A model generated the notes under the pieces. The model was not told where the DNA came from, did not search any database, and worked only from the letters and a program-made list of their open reading frames with translations. The translations under genes were made by a program, and so were the position numbers. Shown one piece after another: positions 7,726 through 18,800 of a DNA stretch of 64,000 bases. The stretch spans positions 3,445 through 67,444 of the forward strand of contig JACRNV010000028.1 of the NCBI GenBank assembly GCA_016214785.1, in the 5' to 3' direction. Each line of letters begins with the position of its first letter. Positions within the stretch are counted from its first letter, which is position 1. Origin of the DNA: Methanobacteriota archaeon. GTDB taxonomy: Archaea; Thermoplasmatota; Thermoplasmata; SG8-5; JACRNV01.

Positions 7726-9138
7726 ATGAGACCACGTCCAGGTGGAATCCCTTCAGGAGAAGACTACTTCCCGAGAAGCGAAGAAGCTGAGCTCTGGCGA
7801 CGCATAGAGGAAAATTCCGCAATCCTTATTGCGCCAAGACGTTCTGGAAAGAGTACAATGCTCAACCACATGAAGGAGAAACCTGCGTCGAATTGGCAGG
7901 TTTATAATATCTTTTGTGAGGATATCGATAAAGAAGAGCAGATACGAATGAAGCTTGCATCCGTTCTCGTGAATTCTTCTAAAAAATCCGGAAATGTTCT
8001 AATAATCCTGGACGAGTTCCAAACTATGATTGTGCGTATGGCTAAAGGCAAGAATAGCACGAGGAAGATGAGGGAACTAGTCCGTGCTCTTCCTAAATTG
8101 AAATCACTTTCCGCTCCTGAAAAAAAAATCAGATTCGTGTACGCTGGTTCGAAAAGTTTTGATCTGGTCGCAAGGAAATATAATCTCGATGACTCATTTA
8201 AGGATTTACCGAGAATAATCCTCGCTCCACTATCCCGAGCCGATGCACTACGATACCTGACAAAGGTTCTGGGTGACGCGGGTGTTACTAATAAAAATGA
8301 GATTCCCCAATGGATATATCGTGAAGTGGGGTGTGGGTTTCTTTACTTCCTTGCGATACTCGCGGATAAAGCGATAGGTGCTCATGTGGATGGAACGGAA
8401 TTGACAGATGATGTGCTGGAAGAGCTCTATGAAAAATGTATTACCGGCGCAGTAGGTCGAGCCTATTTTCAGCACAACCATGAAGTATTGAAAATCTATA
8501 AAGAATTGGGTGGCGAGAAATATTTCGAAGCGGCTGAAGCAATCCTAGGGTACACGGCCACGCACTCGAAAATATCTCAGTCCACTGCCAATGAATTATT
8601 TAAGTTGCATTATCCGCACGCGAAGGATTGGCTATTTCAACAGCTCATGCTGGATCTTGAAAGTGATTTCTATCTTCGGTTAAAGGCCAAAGGAAATTAT
8701 GAATTCCAGGTGCACATTTTAGGAGACTGGTGGGGGAGGTATTATCCCTCAATGAGCGCGAAGGTCCTTGATGTGCTTCTCATCTGGCGTCCGAGTGGGA
8801 TTTTAATTTCCCATTTGCCATGTCCAGGTGGGGGGCTAAAGGGTGCTGATCAATCTGCGGCCCAACTCACCGCGACATACCAGGGACTGCGCAGTATAGA
8901 GTTCGAAGCTCCTGCGATCCAAGACCCTATGGGAAGAGGGACGTTCGTATTCCTGGAGAAAATGAAATATCTGCTTGTATGTAGAATAAATGGCAAGCCT
9001 ACTCGAAGGCTTGATTCGAAAATGAGGGACGCACTTAAAGGAATAAGTAAGCGTTATCCAAAGATGGATTGGGATGGAGATCGTGCTGTCTTTGACGGCA
9101 TTGAGGCATTTCTAAAGGAGCTATGTGGTGAGCATTAG
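7726..9138 (+). CDS. P-loop NTPase of the 'archaeal ATPase' (PF01637-like, AAA+/STAND) family, 470 aa, with an uncharacterised C-terminal half.
   Basis: The N-terminus FPRSEEAELWRRIEENSAILIAPRRSGKSTML carries Walker A and VLIILDEFQ is Walker B. The RBS is gaggt, 8 nt upstream of the ATG. Confidence 0.65.
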   Translation: MRPRPGGIPSGEDYFPRSEEAELWRRIEENSAILIAPRRSGKSTMLNHMKEKPASNWQVYNIFCEDIDKEEQIRMKLASVLVNSSKKSGNVLIILDEFQTMIVRMAKGKNSTRKMRELVRALPKLKSLSAPEKKIRFVYAGSKSFDLVARKYNLDDSFKDLPRIILAPLSRADALRYLTKVLGDAGVTNKNEIPQWIYREVGCGFLYFLAILADKAIGAHVDGTELTDDVLEELYEKCITGAVGRAYFQHNHEVLKIYKELGGEKYFEAAEAILGYTATHSKISQSTANELFKLHYPHAKDWLFQQLMLDLESDFYLRLKAKGNYEFQVHILGDWWGRYYPSMSAKVLDVLLIWRPSGILISHLPCPGGGLKGADQSAAQLTATYQGLRSIEFEAPAIQDPMGRGTFVFLEKMKYLLVCRINGKPTRRLDSKMRDALKGISKRYPKMDWDGDRAVFDGIEAFLKELCGEH

Positions 9139-9155
9139 CCGATGGAGGGATTGCA

Positions 9156-11477
9156 ATGGAAAAATCAAGAGAAATCGTAACCGCCATGAAGTGGGGCCCC
9201 GGGCAGGACGCCTTGTCCGCCAAAGCACGAGCAAGTCTCTTTGTGGGAAAAAGTAGAAAAGCACTCCTTGAAAAGTTTTTATTGGAATTAAAAGAATCGG
9301 CAAAGAGCAGAAGCATACAACACTATCTCGTTATAGGAACACGCGGAATGGGGAAATCGTTCTTCCTGTCAATCCTCTACGACAAGGTAAAAGAAGGGCA
9401 TGCTGGCGACGTGTGGGTTCCCATCAAAACCATGGAGAACGAGGATCAAATTACGAGCGCGCAGGCATTCATGGCTTCGATTATGAGATATCTGGGCAAC
9501 ACTCCTTTGAGCGGGGCTGTGGAACTCGCAAATGACATCCACAGAATAAAAGACGAGAATACTGCGGTTCAGCAGGCGACCGAACAGTTAGAGGAACTGT
9601 GCAAGAAAAATAAAAAAAGGATTTTGCTCCTAGTAAACAATTTCGACGAGATATATGAGAATATGTTCAAGGATACATCTAAGGCCGCGCTACGGGGAAT
9701 TCTCCAGCAACATTTCTGGCTCAAACTGATAGGTACAACCCGCAATATTACATTCTTAAAATTACTACAGGAAGAATACGAGGTTGAACTTTTCGGACAA
9801 CTATCTACCGAGGAGCTAGAACAACTCAGCGGGGATGAAGTTATTACGCTTCTCTATAAAATAGCCGAGGTTGAGGGCGATAAGGAAGTTTTAGAGAAAA
9901 TAGGTAGCGCCGAATGGCGCGAACGAAGGGTTAATGCAAAGGCTCTTGCAGAGCTGTGCTGCGGCGCGCCAAGAATGATTTACGTCATGTATCCATTTAT
10001 CGTGGAGAGCCGAACCGAAAGCGGACTGACCGTACTTCACAAGACGCTCGACGATCTAACGACTTACTACGAAGCGCAACGAATGTACCTTTCATCGCAA
10101 GAGCGGGCTGTTTATTCGGTCATCGCAAAATTAAATGGAAGTGCTTCTCCAAGCGAAATCGCGGAGGAGCTCCATATGGACATGAATGTTCTGAGCACTT
10201 ATTTAGCCCGATTGCAGGATAAAGATTACATTGAGAAGGTCCACGCTGACAGCGCAGATGCTCGAATCGTTCGATACCAGATACCAGATAAGATTTATGT
10301 CGTCTGGTATCAGAAGAATTACGGGGCGAAGGACGCGCGGTACAAGTGGCTGGTGGAGTTCTATAAAACAGCGTACAGCGCAGAGGAACTGGAACATGGC
10401 GTGGGCGAGCCGGAGGCTCCAGAGATCGTGAGAGAGAGCAAGCTCCGGGCGCTGTCGGAACTGAAGGCGCAGGTCTCTCAGACGATGATAGTTGAAACCG
10501 TACCAGAAGATAAAGAGTTAAGCGAATGGAACGCTGCCTTAGATAAAGGGATCGAAGCCTACCAGAAAGGAAAATTCAACGATGCTTTGTCAGAATGGAC
10601 AAGAGCCCAGAAAGCATGTGAAATCCTTGTGAAGAAATACCCCGATAATTTAATGTATCAGGAAAAACTGGCAGGATCCTTAAACAATCTAGGCCTCTTG
10701 ATGAATGACATGGGTAGATTTTTAGAATCGCTAAATTATAAAGAACGCGCACTAGCATTGTTCGAAGCATTATTAACCAGAGATCCAACGAACGCACGTT
10801 TTCAATCCTCTGTAGCTATGGCTTTGAACAACCTCGGCAACTTGTTGAGCGACCTCGGGAGACGGGAAGAGTCTTTGAAGCGCTACGAGTCCGCGCTTGA
10901 GATGAGAGAAACTTTATTGAACAGTGATCCAAAAAATATAAACTATCAATCAAGCGTCATAGGAACGACTACGAATCAGGTAGACCTTCTCACTACTATA
11001 GGAAGGCATCGCGATGCCATTAGGACTCTGGACGCGGCCATACGTATAATTCCAGAAAATCACGAATTGCTCCTCCTGCGCTCCTCGGCCAATCTCGCCT
11101 TGCAAAATGATGGGCTCGCAAGGGACGACCTCCGAGCCGCCCTTAATCTTCTCGAAAGCAAAGGCAATGGAGAATTTTTGACCGAGATACACCCTGCGCT
11201 CCTCTCGTACCTGAGGCATGGAACGCCCGGTTTTACCATTGAGGCTATCAAGATTGTCTGCGCGGTATTTGGGACGTCGCTGGAGGATGAGAAGGCAAAG
11301 CCATTGATCCCTTTCAAGATGGCCGCAGAGTTCCTGGCGTCCGACCGCAGTTCAGGCACGCTTTTCAATCTCGACCCGTTGACGCGCGATGCCACATACA
11401 AAGTGCTGCGCGATTCCGGTCATGAAGGGGATATCGAGGCACTGAATTACAAAGGGAAGCGGAAGAAACGGAAATGA
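9156..11477 (+). CDS. STAND-type P-loop NTPase (archaeal-ATPase-like), 773 aa, with a central winged-helix domain and a C-terminal TPR array.
   Basis: Walker A is VIGTRGMGKSFFLS and Walker B is ILLLVNNFDE. The wHTH-like segment is SPSEIAEELHMDMNVLSTYLARLQDKDYIEK. The TPRs include NLGLLMNDMGRFLESLNYKERALALFEALL and NLGNLLSDLGRREESLKRYESALEM. The RBS ggaggg is 6 nt upstream. Confidence 0.65.
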   Translation: MEKSREIVTAMKWGPGQDALSAKARASLFVGKSRKALLEKFLLELKESAKSRSIQHYLVIGTRGMGKSFFLSILYDKVKEGHAGDVWVPIKTMENEDQITSAQAFMASIMRYLGNTPLSGAVELANDIHRIKDENTAVQQATEQLEELCKKNKKRILLLVNNFDEIYENMFKDTSKAALRGILQQHFWLKLIGTTRNITFLKLLQEEYEVELFGQLSTEELEQLSGDEVITLLYKIAEVEGDKEVLEKIGSAEWRERRVNAKALAELCCGAPRMIYVMYPFIVESRTESGLTVLHKTLDDLTTYYEAQRMYLSSQERAVYSVIAKLNGSASPSEIAEELHMDMNVLSTYLARLQDKDYIEKVHADSADARIVRYQIPDKIYVVWYQKNYGAKDARYKWLVEFYKTAYSAEELEHGVGEPEAPEIVRESKLRALSELKAQVSQTMIVETVPEDKELSEWNAALDKGIEAYQKGKFNDALSEWTRAQKACEILVKKYPDNLMYQEKLAGSLNNLGLLMNDMGRFLESLNYKERALALFEALLTRDPTNARFQSSVAMALNNLGNLLSDLGRREESLKRYESALEMRETLLNSDPKNINYQSSVIGTTTNQVDLLTTIGRHRDAIRTLDAAIRIIPENHELLLLRSSANLALQNDGLARDDLRAALNLLESKGNGEFLTEIHPALLSYLRHGTPGFTIEAIKIVCAVFGTSLEDEKAKPLIPFKMAAEFLASDRSSGTLFNLDPLTRDATYKVLRDSGHEGDIEALNYKGKRKKRK

Positions 11478-11493
11478 TCATACTCGACGCTTC

Positions 11494-12054
11494 TCACACC
11501 CACTCTATCGTGTACTCGCAGTATTCCTTCCCCTTCGTATTGCAGGCTGTTTCAGTGACAGTCCCCTTCAGCCTGCAGAGCGCCAGCATCCCCTCGATGC
11601 TCCCCTTGAAGTACATGCACTTGGCGCGCTCCTGCGGGAAGTCGTGGTAGCGCAGGACTACCTTCCTCGTGCCTTCCTTCACGTACTCGAGCTCGCCGAA
11701 GGAGTATACGGAGCGCCAGTTCTTGGCCGCGCCCTCTATGAAGTCGTGGATGTTGGGCGCGCGAGCCAGGTAGCTCAGGTGGCCCAGGTGCTGCACGGTG
11801 TGCGAGCCCATCTCCTCGATGCGCGAGAGGTCGCCCCTGCCGACGACTTTGTCGGCCATCTTCAACAGGTCCAGGTAGGCGTCGTAGGAGTACATCTCCC
11901 TCTCGTCTATCTTGGAGAAGTCGAGCCGCGCGCCCTTGGGTTTCTTGGCGTTGTAGCCTTCCAGCAGCTCCTTTAAGCCGGCAGCGCCGCGCTTCTTGCG
12001 GACGAATTCCGCCACGTTCTTCAGGTGGACGCCCTTTACCAGCCTCTCCGCCAT
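11494..12054 (-). CDS. V4R-domain (COG1719-like) predicted small-molecule / hydrocarbon-binding protein, 186 aa.
   Basis: The C-terminal FKGSIEGMLALCRLKGTVTETACNTKGKEYCEYTIEWV resembles the V4R cysteine pattern. It lies immediately downstream of the glycoprotein gene on the same strand. Confidence 0.4.
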   Translation of the reverse strand: MAERLVKGVHLKNVAEFVRKKRGAAGLKELLEGYNAKKPKGARLDFSKIDEREMYSYDAYLDLLKMADKVVGRGDLSRIEEMGSHTVQHLGHLSYLARAPNIHDFIEGAAKNWRSVYSFGELEYVKEGTRKVVLRYHDFPQERAKCMYFKGSIEGMLALCRLKGTVTETACNTKGKEYCEYTIEWV

Positions 12055-12078
12055 TCCTTCACCCCCGCGCTCGCCTGC

Positions 12079-12834
12079 CTATGCCTTCTTCCTCCTCGCT
12101 ATGAGGATCATCCCGATGAGTATCGCGGCGACTGCGACCGCCAGCACTACGCCGTAGAACCAGTCGAAGCCTTCCTGCTTGAGGTAGAAAGTCTTCGCGG
12201 TGTAGATGTCCCCCGAGCCCGGGGATACTACGCCGTCGCCGTCAACGTCCCCCTTGATGACCAGGGTGTGCGCCCCGGCCGGAGGGTTGGCCACTATCCA
12301 GTCGGCGGTTATGTTCGTGCTCTGGCCGGCGGAAATAGAGATCCTCTGCGTATCCACGAGCACATCATCGATATATATTTGGACGGGGAGGCTGTCTATG
12401 TTAATCTTGGAGGGGTTTTCTACCTGGCACGAGACGCTCAGAGGCTGGACGACCTGGATGGTCTTGACCGCGTCGCGCCATTCCGTGCCTTTCGAGACGT
12501 TCACGTAAAGGTCGACCGCGCCCTTGACGCTCGGCGCGGTGACGTTTATCAGCACGGACGTCTCGGTGACGTTCCCCTTAAGGGGCGTGTTCTTGGTCGG
12601 CGTCGCGTTGGTGGTGTTGCCGTTCGTGAAGTACGCCTCGTACTTCCAGTCCGGCCCCTCGGCGCCCACGACCAGTACCTTGTACTCCCCGGACTTGTTC
12701 AGCCCCAGGGCGTTCGGGCCCTCGATGTAGACCCGGATCGTGGCATTGCCGGCCGCATGGGCCGCGCCTGCCTGGAGGAGCGTCATCGACAGGAGCGCAG
12801 CCAGCGCCACCGACGCCAGGAGCCTCCCGCTCAT
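12079..12834 (-). CDS. Secreted, C-terminally membrane-anchored surface protein of 251 aa, extremely rich in N-glycosylation sequons. It is translationally coupled to the upstream AglB-like gene by an ATGA overlap.
   Basis: It has a signal peptide (MSGRLLASVALAALLSMTLLQAGAAHAAG), at least 12 N-x-S/T sequons, and a C-terminal TM helix plus RRKKA. The start ATG at 12834 overlaps the AglB stop TGA at 12831-12833. Confidence 0.65.
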   Translation of the reverse strand: MSGRLLASVALAALLSMTLLQAGAAHAAGNATIRVYIEGPNALGLNKSGEYKVLVVGAEGPDWKYEAYFTNGNTTNATPTKNTPLKGNVTETSVLINVTAPSVKGAVDLYVNVSKGTEWRDAVKTIQVVQPLSVSCQVENPSKINIDSLPVQIYIDDVLVDTQRISISAGQSTNITADWIVANPPAGAHTLVIKGDVDGDGVVSPGSGDIYTAKTFYLKQEGFDWFYGVVLAVAVAAILIGMILIARRKKA

Positions 12835-15800
12835 CCGACCCACCTCCGGCGCTTGGCGATGTAGTAAAGCACGAGCACAATCGCTACCACAATGGCGGCT
12901 GTGCCGATGCCCTGAAGCTGTGCGTCCCACGGCGTCTGCGCCGTGACGAGGTCGCCCTTGACCTCCACCATCTGGACGTCGGCCGACATGAGCGGTACGG
13001 AGACGTCGAGCAGCGAGCGGGCGCCGTCCGGGTCGTCCAGCGACTTGCCGACAAGTTTTACGACCACTCCGGGCTCCGCATCGGCCCTGGCCTTCTTGAG
13101 GGTGAACCGGACCTCCTTGAACTCGCCGCCCTTCATCTGTGCCACAGTGGCCGTCGTGTTGTTAATCGTCCAGCCGACCGAGGGCTCCCACGAGAAGGTC
13201 CAGCCGAACCTTGCCAGCTCCTCCTCGTTCAGGCACGTTACCGAGCAGTTGTCGGGGCCGTTGCCTCCGTTGGTCATCGAGACGCCGAAGGAGACGTTCG
13301 AGCCCGAAACCGTTGGCGGGCTCGGGGAGAGGAAGGTGCTGACAGTGTAGTTGTGGTAGATGGGAACGTCTAGTGTCTTGGTGATGGACGCCGTCGAGCC
13401 GATGAGCTTGGACCTTGCGAGTACGTTGATCGGTGTGTGGTCGGTCTTCGCGTCAGCCGGGATGGTTATGACGGCGCGGACTGGCATGGACTCGCCGGAT
13501 CCTAGGGAGATCTGGCTCAGGTTGAGCTTGACGTCCCAGGTCGGCTCCTGGGATGTGGAAAGTGTGTATGTATCAGGGACGTTTCCCTTGTTGTTGACGT
13601 CAAAGGTGTAGATGGCCTCGCTGCCCTGCACGAATGTCCGCTTCTGGGCGGTGTCCCACACTATCTCGACCCCGTAGGTCTTCTCCTTGGACAGCTCGCT
13701 GCTCAGCCTCGTCGACCGGCTCATCTCGGCGGTGCTGCTCATCGAGTACGGGACCGTAATGCCGCCTTCGAGAACGTCGAGCGTTGCCGCGACTTCGTAC
13801 GTGGCCTGCGGCAGCCAGGTCTCGAAGTACCCGAGGCTGTCGGCGCTCAGCTTTCGCTCGACGCCCAGGAACTTGATGGATATGGACGCGTTGTCCGCCG
13901 GCGTCCCGGCCCCGTAATACAGGTTGCCGGAGAGCTTGAAGGCCTCCGTTGCCGCGAGGGCCAGTTCCGTGCCCTCCCTCGTCAAATTGAACGCTCGCAG
14001 CAGGCCCGCGCGCTCGTCCGGGGAGGCGAGATATGCCACGTAGCTGCCGGGCGCCAGCTCTGTCTGGAAGCTGCCGTTCGCGCTGAGATTGGCCTGCGAC
14101 GATATTCCGCCACCGCCCGAGGCGAAAAGCTGCAGGGCCGCGCTGGCCGGCGCCGCGAGGCCGCCAACGGCGCCTTTGACGGAAGCGTTGACTATGTCGC
14201 GCTGCGCGCGAACCGGGACGAACTGGCTCCCCACGGAGGCCGTTACGTTGTTTGTGACCCCCTTGTAATGGTATTCGCGCTCGACGCTTCCGTCGGTTGA
14301 GTTCTGCTTGAAGTCGCTCGTGAAGTTGTAAGTCTGGCGGGTAGGCAGGTAGAGCTTGAAGTCACCCGTCTCGTTGTCCGTGACGGCCGAGAAGGTCGCG
14401 CCCGTCTTTGCCTCGATGGCGCTTACCGGGACGTTCTTCATCTTGGCGCCCTGGAAATCGACGCTCCCCGTGACGAGCGAAGATTCGTTCAGGGCCACCG
14501 TTACGTTGCCTGCCGTCGGGACGAAGAAGCGCTCGTACCCGGTGACAACCGTACCGTTGGTGCCCGCGACCGCCGTGGCCGTGTAATTCCCGCCCTTGAG
14601 CGAGATCACAGTTTCGCCGAGGGCCGAGAGAGACAGGCTCTCCTCGCCGGTGAACGTATAGTTTGTGATATGTTGCTGGCCCGCCATCGCCGCGCTGACA
14701 TTTACGAGATACCGCATCTCGGCCAGCAAATCGATCATCACGGGCTCTTCGCTGAGGCCGAGCCGCAGCCCAAGGCTGCGCTCCCTGAGCTCGTACACAA
14801 CGGTGTCGCTGACCTTGAAAGACAAAGTGAGGTTATATTCGGCCGGGGGAAGTTCTCCGGAGTACGCATTGCCGATTATCGGCATCTCGTATACCTCCTT
14901 GCTGAACAGCCTCTCGGCCACAACCTTTCCGCCGTCCAGGGTCGTCCCGTCGTTCGTCCTCACACCGCCCGAAACGGATATGCGCCGGGGCGAGAGGTCG
15001 AAATACCAGTACACCGCATTCTCCGGATTGCGAGACATGGGCCGGGTCTCATCCGTATATGTCATTGATGCGTAGCCCGGGGAGTAGGCGGTCATCGTCG
15101 GGTTCTCGCCCAGGTACTTGACGAGGAACCGGCCACTCAGGTCGGTATATATATCTCTCGTGCCTGCCGCATCGACGACCTGGCCATAGCCTGGCAGCCC
15201 CTCTCCCTCGTCGAAGGCGCCGTTCCGGGTCGTGTCGTTGTAGATGATTCCGCCGTATTCCTGGGCGGCGCCGACGTCGACTTCGATTGTCGTGGTGGCC
15301 GCGCTGACTGACACGCGCTGCTTCATGCCGAGCCATATCGCGCCGAGGTCGTCGTTCATGACCGTGACGTTGTACTGCCCGTACGGGAGCAGGGCCGTGA
15401 AGCGGTCCGCCGGGTTGGTTCTGGTGTAGAAAGTGCCGCTCCCCTCTATCTGGACTTTGGCGTCGGGCGATGGCTCGAATGAGCCGCCTGTCAGCAGTCT
15501 CCCGTTCAGCCTGCCCGCTGGCTGCAGGGCAACGTCGATCGAGACTGCGTCGGTGACTCTCAGGTTGCCCAGGTACGCGAACTCCGAGCCGGACACCTCC
15601 CTCGATGCATATACGGAGTAAAAGCCGAAGGGAATCCTGTCTTCCAGCTTGCCAGCCCCGTCGGCGAAGAGCATGACCGACCGCTTCGGATCGTTGAGGT
15701 TCTGGAATGTCACGGACAGATTGGCCGCGGGCGCGCCCTGTATCGTGGCCTGGACCGTGAGCGGCGCTGCCGGATAGACCGTGATGTTAAGCGTGGAGTT

Positions 15801-18800
15801 GGTCAGCTTGCGCACCTCGATCGGCGCCGGGATGCTCCAGTAGTTGCCCGAGGATGCGCGGTAGGTGTAATTCCCGACCACCAGGGAGACGTTGAAGTTT
15901 CCGCTGCCGTCCGTGATGGCCGATTCGACGTTGTGGCCCTGGCTGTCGGTGATGTTCACCAGCGCCTGCCCGATCCCGAAATTGAGCTCGTCCGCGACGT
16001 GGCCCGAGAGGTTCACCGGCGTCGTCCCGATGTTCTTGACGAACCCGGTGTTGCTGTAGGTCACAGACACGGAGTCCTCCGAGGCTATGTTGACGCCGTT
16101 GTACGTGACAATGAGCCGGTAGTTGCCCTGCGCCATGCCTGGTATGGAGTAGTTGCCCGCGCTGTCGGTCTTTGCGGCGTAGCTCATGTTGAACGCAAGC
16201 GCGCCATAGTCCAGGTCGGCGCCGGGGAGCGTGGTCTCATCGGGGTTCCTGTTTCCGTCCCCGTTGCTGTCGATGTAGACGATTCCAGACACGTTCGCGG
16301 GCTCGAGGACCGGGCTGTGGGTGATGATGTAGTCGGGTATGCCGTTCCCGTCCAGGTCGAGCTGCTCGCGCATGGCCTGGTCGTCCCTGATGAACATCTT
16401 CGTGTTGTTGAGCTCGGTGCCGACCATGGTCATCTTCAGCGGCTCTCCGGACGAGACGATTATCGAAACGTTGCCCATGGGCGCAAGGAGCGAGTACCTG
16501 CCATCCGAGTCCGTCAGGACCGAGTCGTGGGGTATCTGGTACATGTCCTGCACGGTCACTCGCAGGCCCTCCACGGGCGGCCCGCCCCTGAGCCTTATCT
16601 GGCCCTGGACGATGGCTCCGTCGTAATACTTCAGCATGTTCACGCCCTGATAAAGGCTGGACTGCGTAGACAGGTCGACGACGCCCTCGGCCTCGCCAGC
16701 CTGTATCTTGGCCTGGAGGGCGACAGCGTCGTCGTAGTTCATGGCCGTCCATGCGTCCGTGTGGTTGCGCACCTGTTCCATCGGGTAGGGGTTGTAGTAT
16801 GCAGTGCGGTGGAATATCCTGAAATTCTTCATCATGTAGCCCGGCATCGCGGGCTGGTTCTGGAGGCTCCCGGAAAGGCCTGGTATGCCCGAGTCGTTCG
16901 ACTGCCCCACGTCGGGGCCCGAGTATCCGATGAAGCACTTGTAGAGCATGGTCTTGTAGAACATGTCGTGGTACACTAGCTTGTAGTCCGTGATTTGAAC
17001 ATCTTTGGGAACGTCGTTGATGTCGTATTCGCCGCCGTACTCTCCGACCCCCTTGATCTCCCAGAAGTCGTAGGGCATGTTCGGGGTCTTTATCCTGTGG
17101 TCGGATAGCTTGGCCGGGGCGTAGAAGATGCCGGTGTTGTCGGCCGAGAACGGGAAGAGCCTGCTGTCGACTGCGAAGTACCTGATGCTCTTGCCGGTGG
17201 CGTCCCTCAGGTCGTGGTACAGGCCTGTTACCTGCGTCTGGTTCATGCTCATTGAGATTATGGCCATGGCCTTCAGGATCCTCGCGTTCTCGTCCTGCAC
17301 CCTCGAGTCGCGCGGCCCGTATATCTCGGGGTGGGCGAGTATCTCGGCCTTGTAGTTCTGCGGGTTGCGGAAGGCGTCGTCCACGGCAGCGGGGTCAATG
17401 TTGTATTTAACGAGGACATCCCTCACTCCGGGGCTGAATGCCATGTCCTTCTTCTCGGTGTACAGCGGAGCGTACCAGTCTCCCTGCAGTAATCTCATGC
17501 AGAACAGGGATATCGCGTTGGACTCGTTCTGCGCCATCAGGAAATTGCCCGCGACGTTGTGCCCGCCAAGGAAGTTGTCCGCGACCGTGGGATGCTCCCC
17601 CTGGTTGATGACCTCGAACCCGTAGTCCCACCAGCTTATGAACGCAGGTCGCTCAGAGAACGGATATGTGCCGTTGTCCTGCGTGGCGAGCCAGCGGTAG
17701 GCAGAAGGCCAGTATCGATTGTTGAGCGGCATAGAGTAACCGTGCCCTCCGAGGTACCACGTGGACCCGTTAACTTCGTCGTATGTGGCCGATGCCGTGA
17801 ATGAGGGCATGACCTGGTAAAGCCTCTTGTCGTAATCGGTCTTGACCTCGTAAGGCATGCCGCCGTCCAGCCCTGCCCAAACATTGGGGACGACGACCAT
17901 GAACGCAAGGAAGAGGACGCCAGCCACCACCCGCACGCGCGTTTCCCTCATTATGAAGAACAGGACGCCCAGATAGAACGCCGTTATGACCGGCACCCAT
18001 GCGTGGTCCACCGTGCGCTTGAAGCCGGAATAGTAGGCGATGTAGAGGGCCAGCGCCACCAGCAGCGGTATCATCGCCGCCAGGTAGTACCTGTCCTTTG
18101 CCCTGAGTCCGTAGGTGTACAGCATGAAGAGGATCACCAATACCGCGCTGACGCCGAGCGCGACCGGCGCGAGGTTGTTGAGGTAGTAGTACCCGGCGAC
18201 CGCGCCAGCGATGGCTAAGCCCATTGCGAGCAGCGCCACCATTATCCCACTGGTGCCGAAGATGGTCGCGCCCCTGAACCTCGACTGGCGCGATATCTCG
18301 CCCTTCAGGTCGAGCTTGTCCAGGAGCATCGCGATGACCCATCCGGCCATTATTGCGAAACCGGGCGCGGCGTTGAACATGAAGCGGGCGGATATCACGG
18401 CCATGTATATCGAGAATATCATGAGGAGGATGATGAAGATGAAGTCCGGCTTGAGCTTCTTCGGCAGCTGGTAGAGGCCGAGGCCCAATCCCGCGATGGA
18501 GAGCCAGAACGTGATGAGGCCGAACGAGGTGGCGAGGTTGCTGAAGGGCGGAGCCTGCGCCTCGGCGATGGTCTCGTACTGCTTGCTCGTGATGAAGTAG
18601 CCGCTCGCGCTCGCAATCTTGTCGACGAGCGAGCCGTACAATGTCGGGCTGGCCACGAAAATCGCCGCGACGGCGATGACTGCCAGCAGGGCCATGGAAG
18701 CAAGGACCAATGTCCAGGGGTATTTCCGGGTGAGCATCAGGATTGCGGCTATCCCGGTCGTGCCCAGGTAAATGTACCCGGGCAGGTCCCACCACCCGGC

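Larger units (their letters stand above)
7562..11480. other. Compositionally atypical AT-rich island that looks horizontally acquired. It contains only two tandem P-loop NTPase genes and begins with a 164-nt AT-rich promoter tract.
   Basis: There is a sharp drop in GC by eye relative to both flanks, with runs such as aaaaaatccggaaatgttctaataatcc. The flanking genes (DUF1611, V4R protein) are GC-rich. Confidence 0.6.
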
